The notes under the pieces are model-generated. The model was not told the origin of the DNA and did not search any database. It worked only from the letters and a program-made list of their open reading frames with translations. The position numbers and the translations under genes are program-made. From Felis catus (lineage: Eukaryota): a stretch of DNA of 64,000 nucleotides. Below are positions 63,916-64,000 of the stretch, in pieces. The stretch is from contig NC_058368.1 of assembly GCF_018350175.1 (NCBI RefSeq), positions 62,498,001-62,562,000 on the forward strand. Direction: 5' to 3'. Every line of letters begins with the position of its first letter. Within the stretch, counting starts at the first letter, position 1.

Positions 63916-64000
63916 TAAGCATTCAAACTCCTGATTTCTGCTCAGGTCATGATCATGGTTTGTGGAATCATGTCTCCCCTTCACTGACAATACAGAGAAC

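Larger units (their letters stand above)
63411..64000 (+). mobile_element. Outer Can-SINE (head 63411-63445, resumes at 63916, runs to the window edge)
   Basis: 'gggaacccgggtggctcagtcagttaagca' ... 'ctcctgatttctgctcaggtcatgatc'. Confidence 0.85.

Overview
AT-rich, repeat-dense mammalian DNA from a felid (most likely cat), judged from about 31 tRNA-derived Can-SINEs, several matching the young feline SINEC_Fc type with intact target-site duplications (TSDs). The window is intergenic or deep-intronic. I can support no host protein-coding gene: the ORF track is explained by SINEs, LINE-1, LTRs and microsatellites. Main elements: a full-length but dead carnivore L1 (30.1-37.6 kb, +); an older near-full-length L1 lacking its RT core and carrying five SINEs (51.3-57.4 kb); a 5'-inverted L1 with a ~1 kb pure A/T tract (59.1-61.4 kb); MaLR/ERV1 solo LTRs, MER DNA transposon relics, and MIR/L2 remnants. 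The best observations concern retrotransposon mechanics (possible 5' transduction on the L1, possible 3' transduction on a SINE, triple-nested SINEs, twin priming followed by a deletion). A few non-repetitive islands have exon-like or RFX X-box-like signals. I do not see a convincing new biological system. Subfamily names come from my recall of consensus sequences and need RepeatMasker/Dfam confirmation; boundaries of old repeats are approximate.
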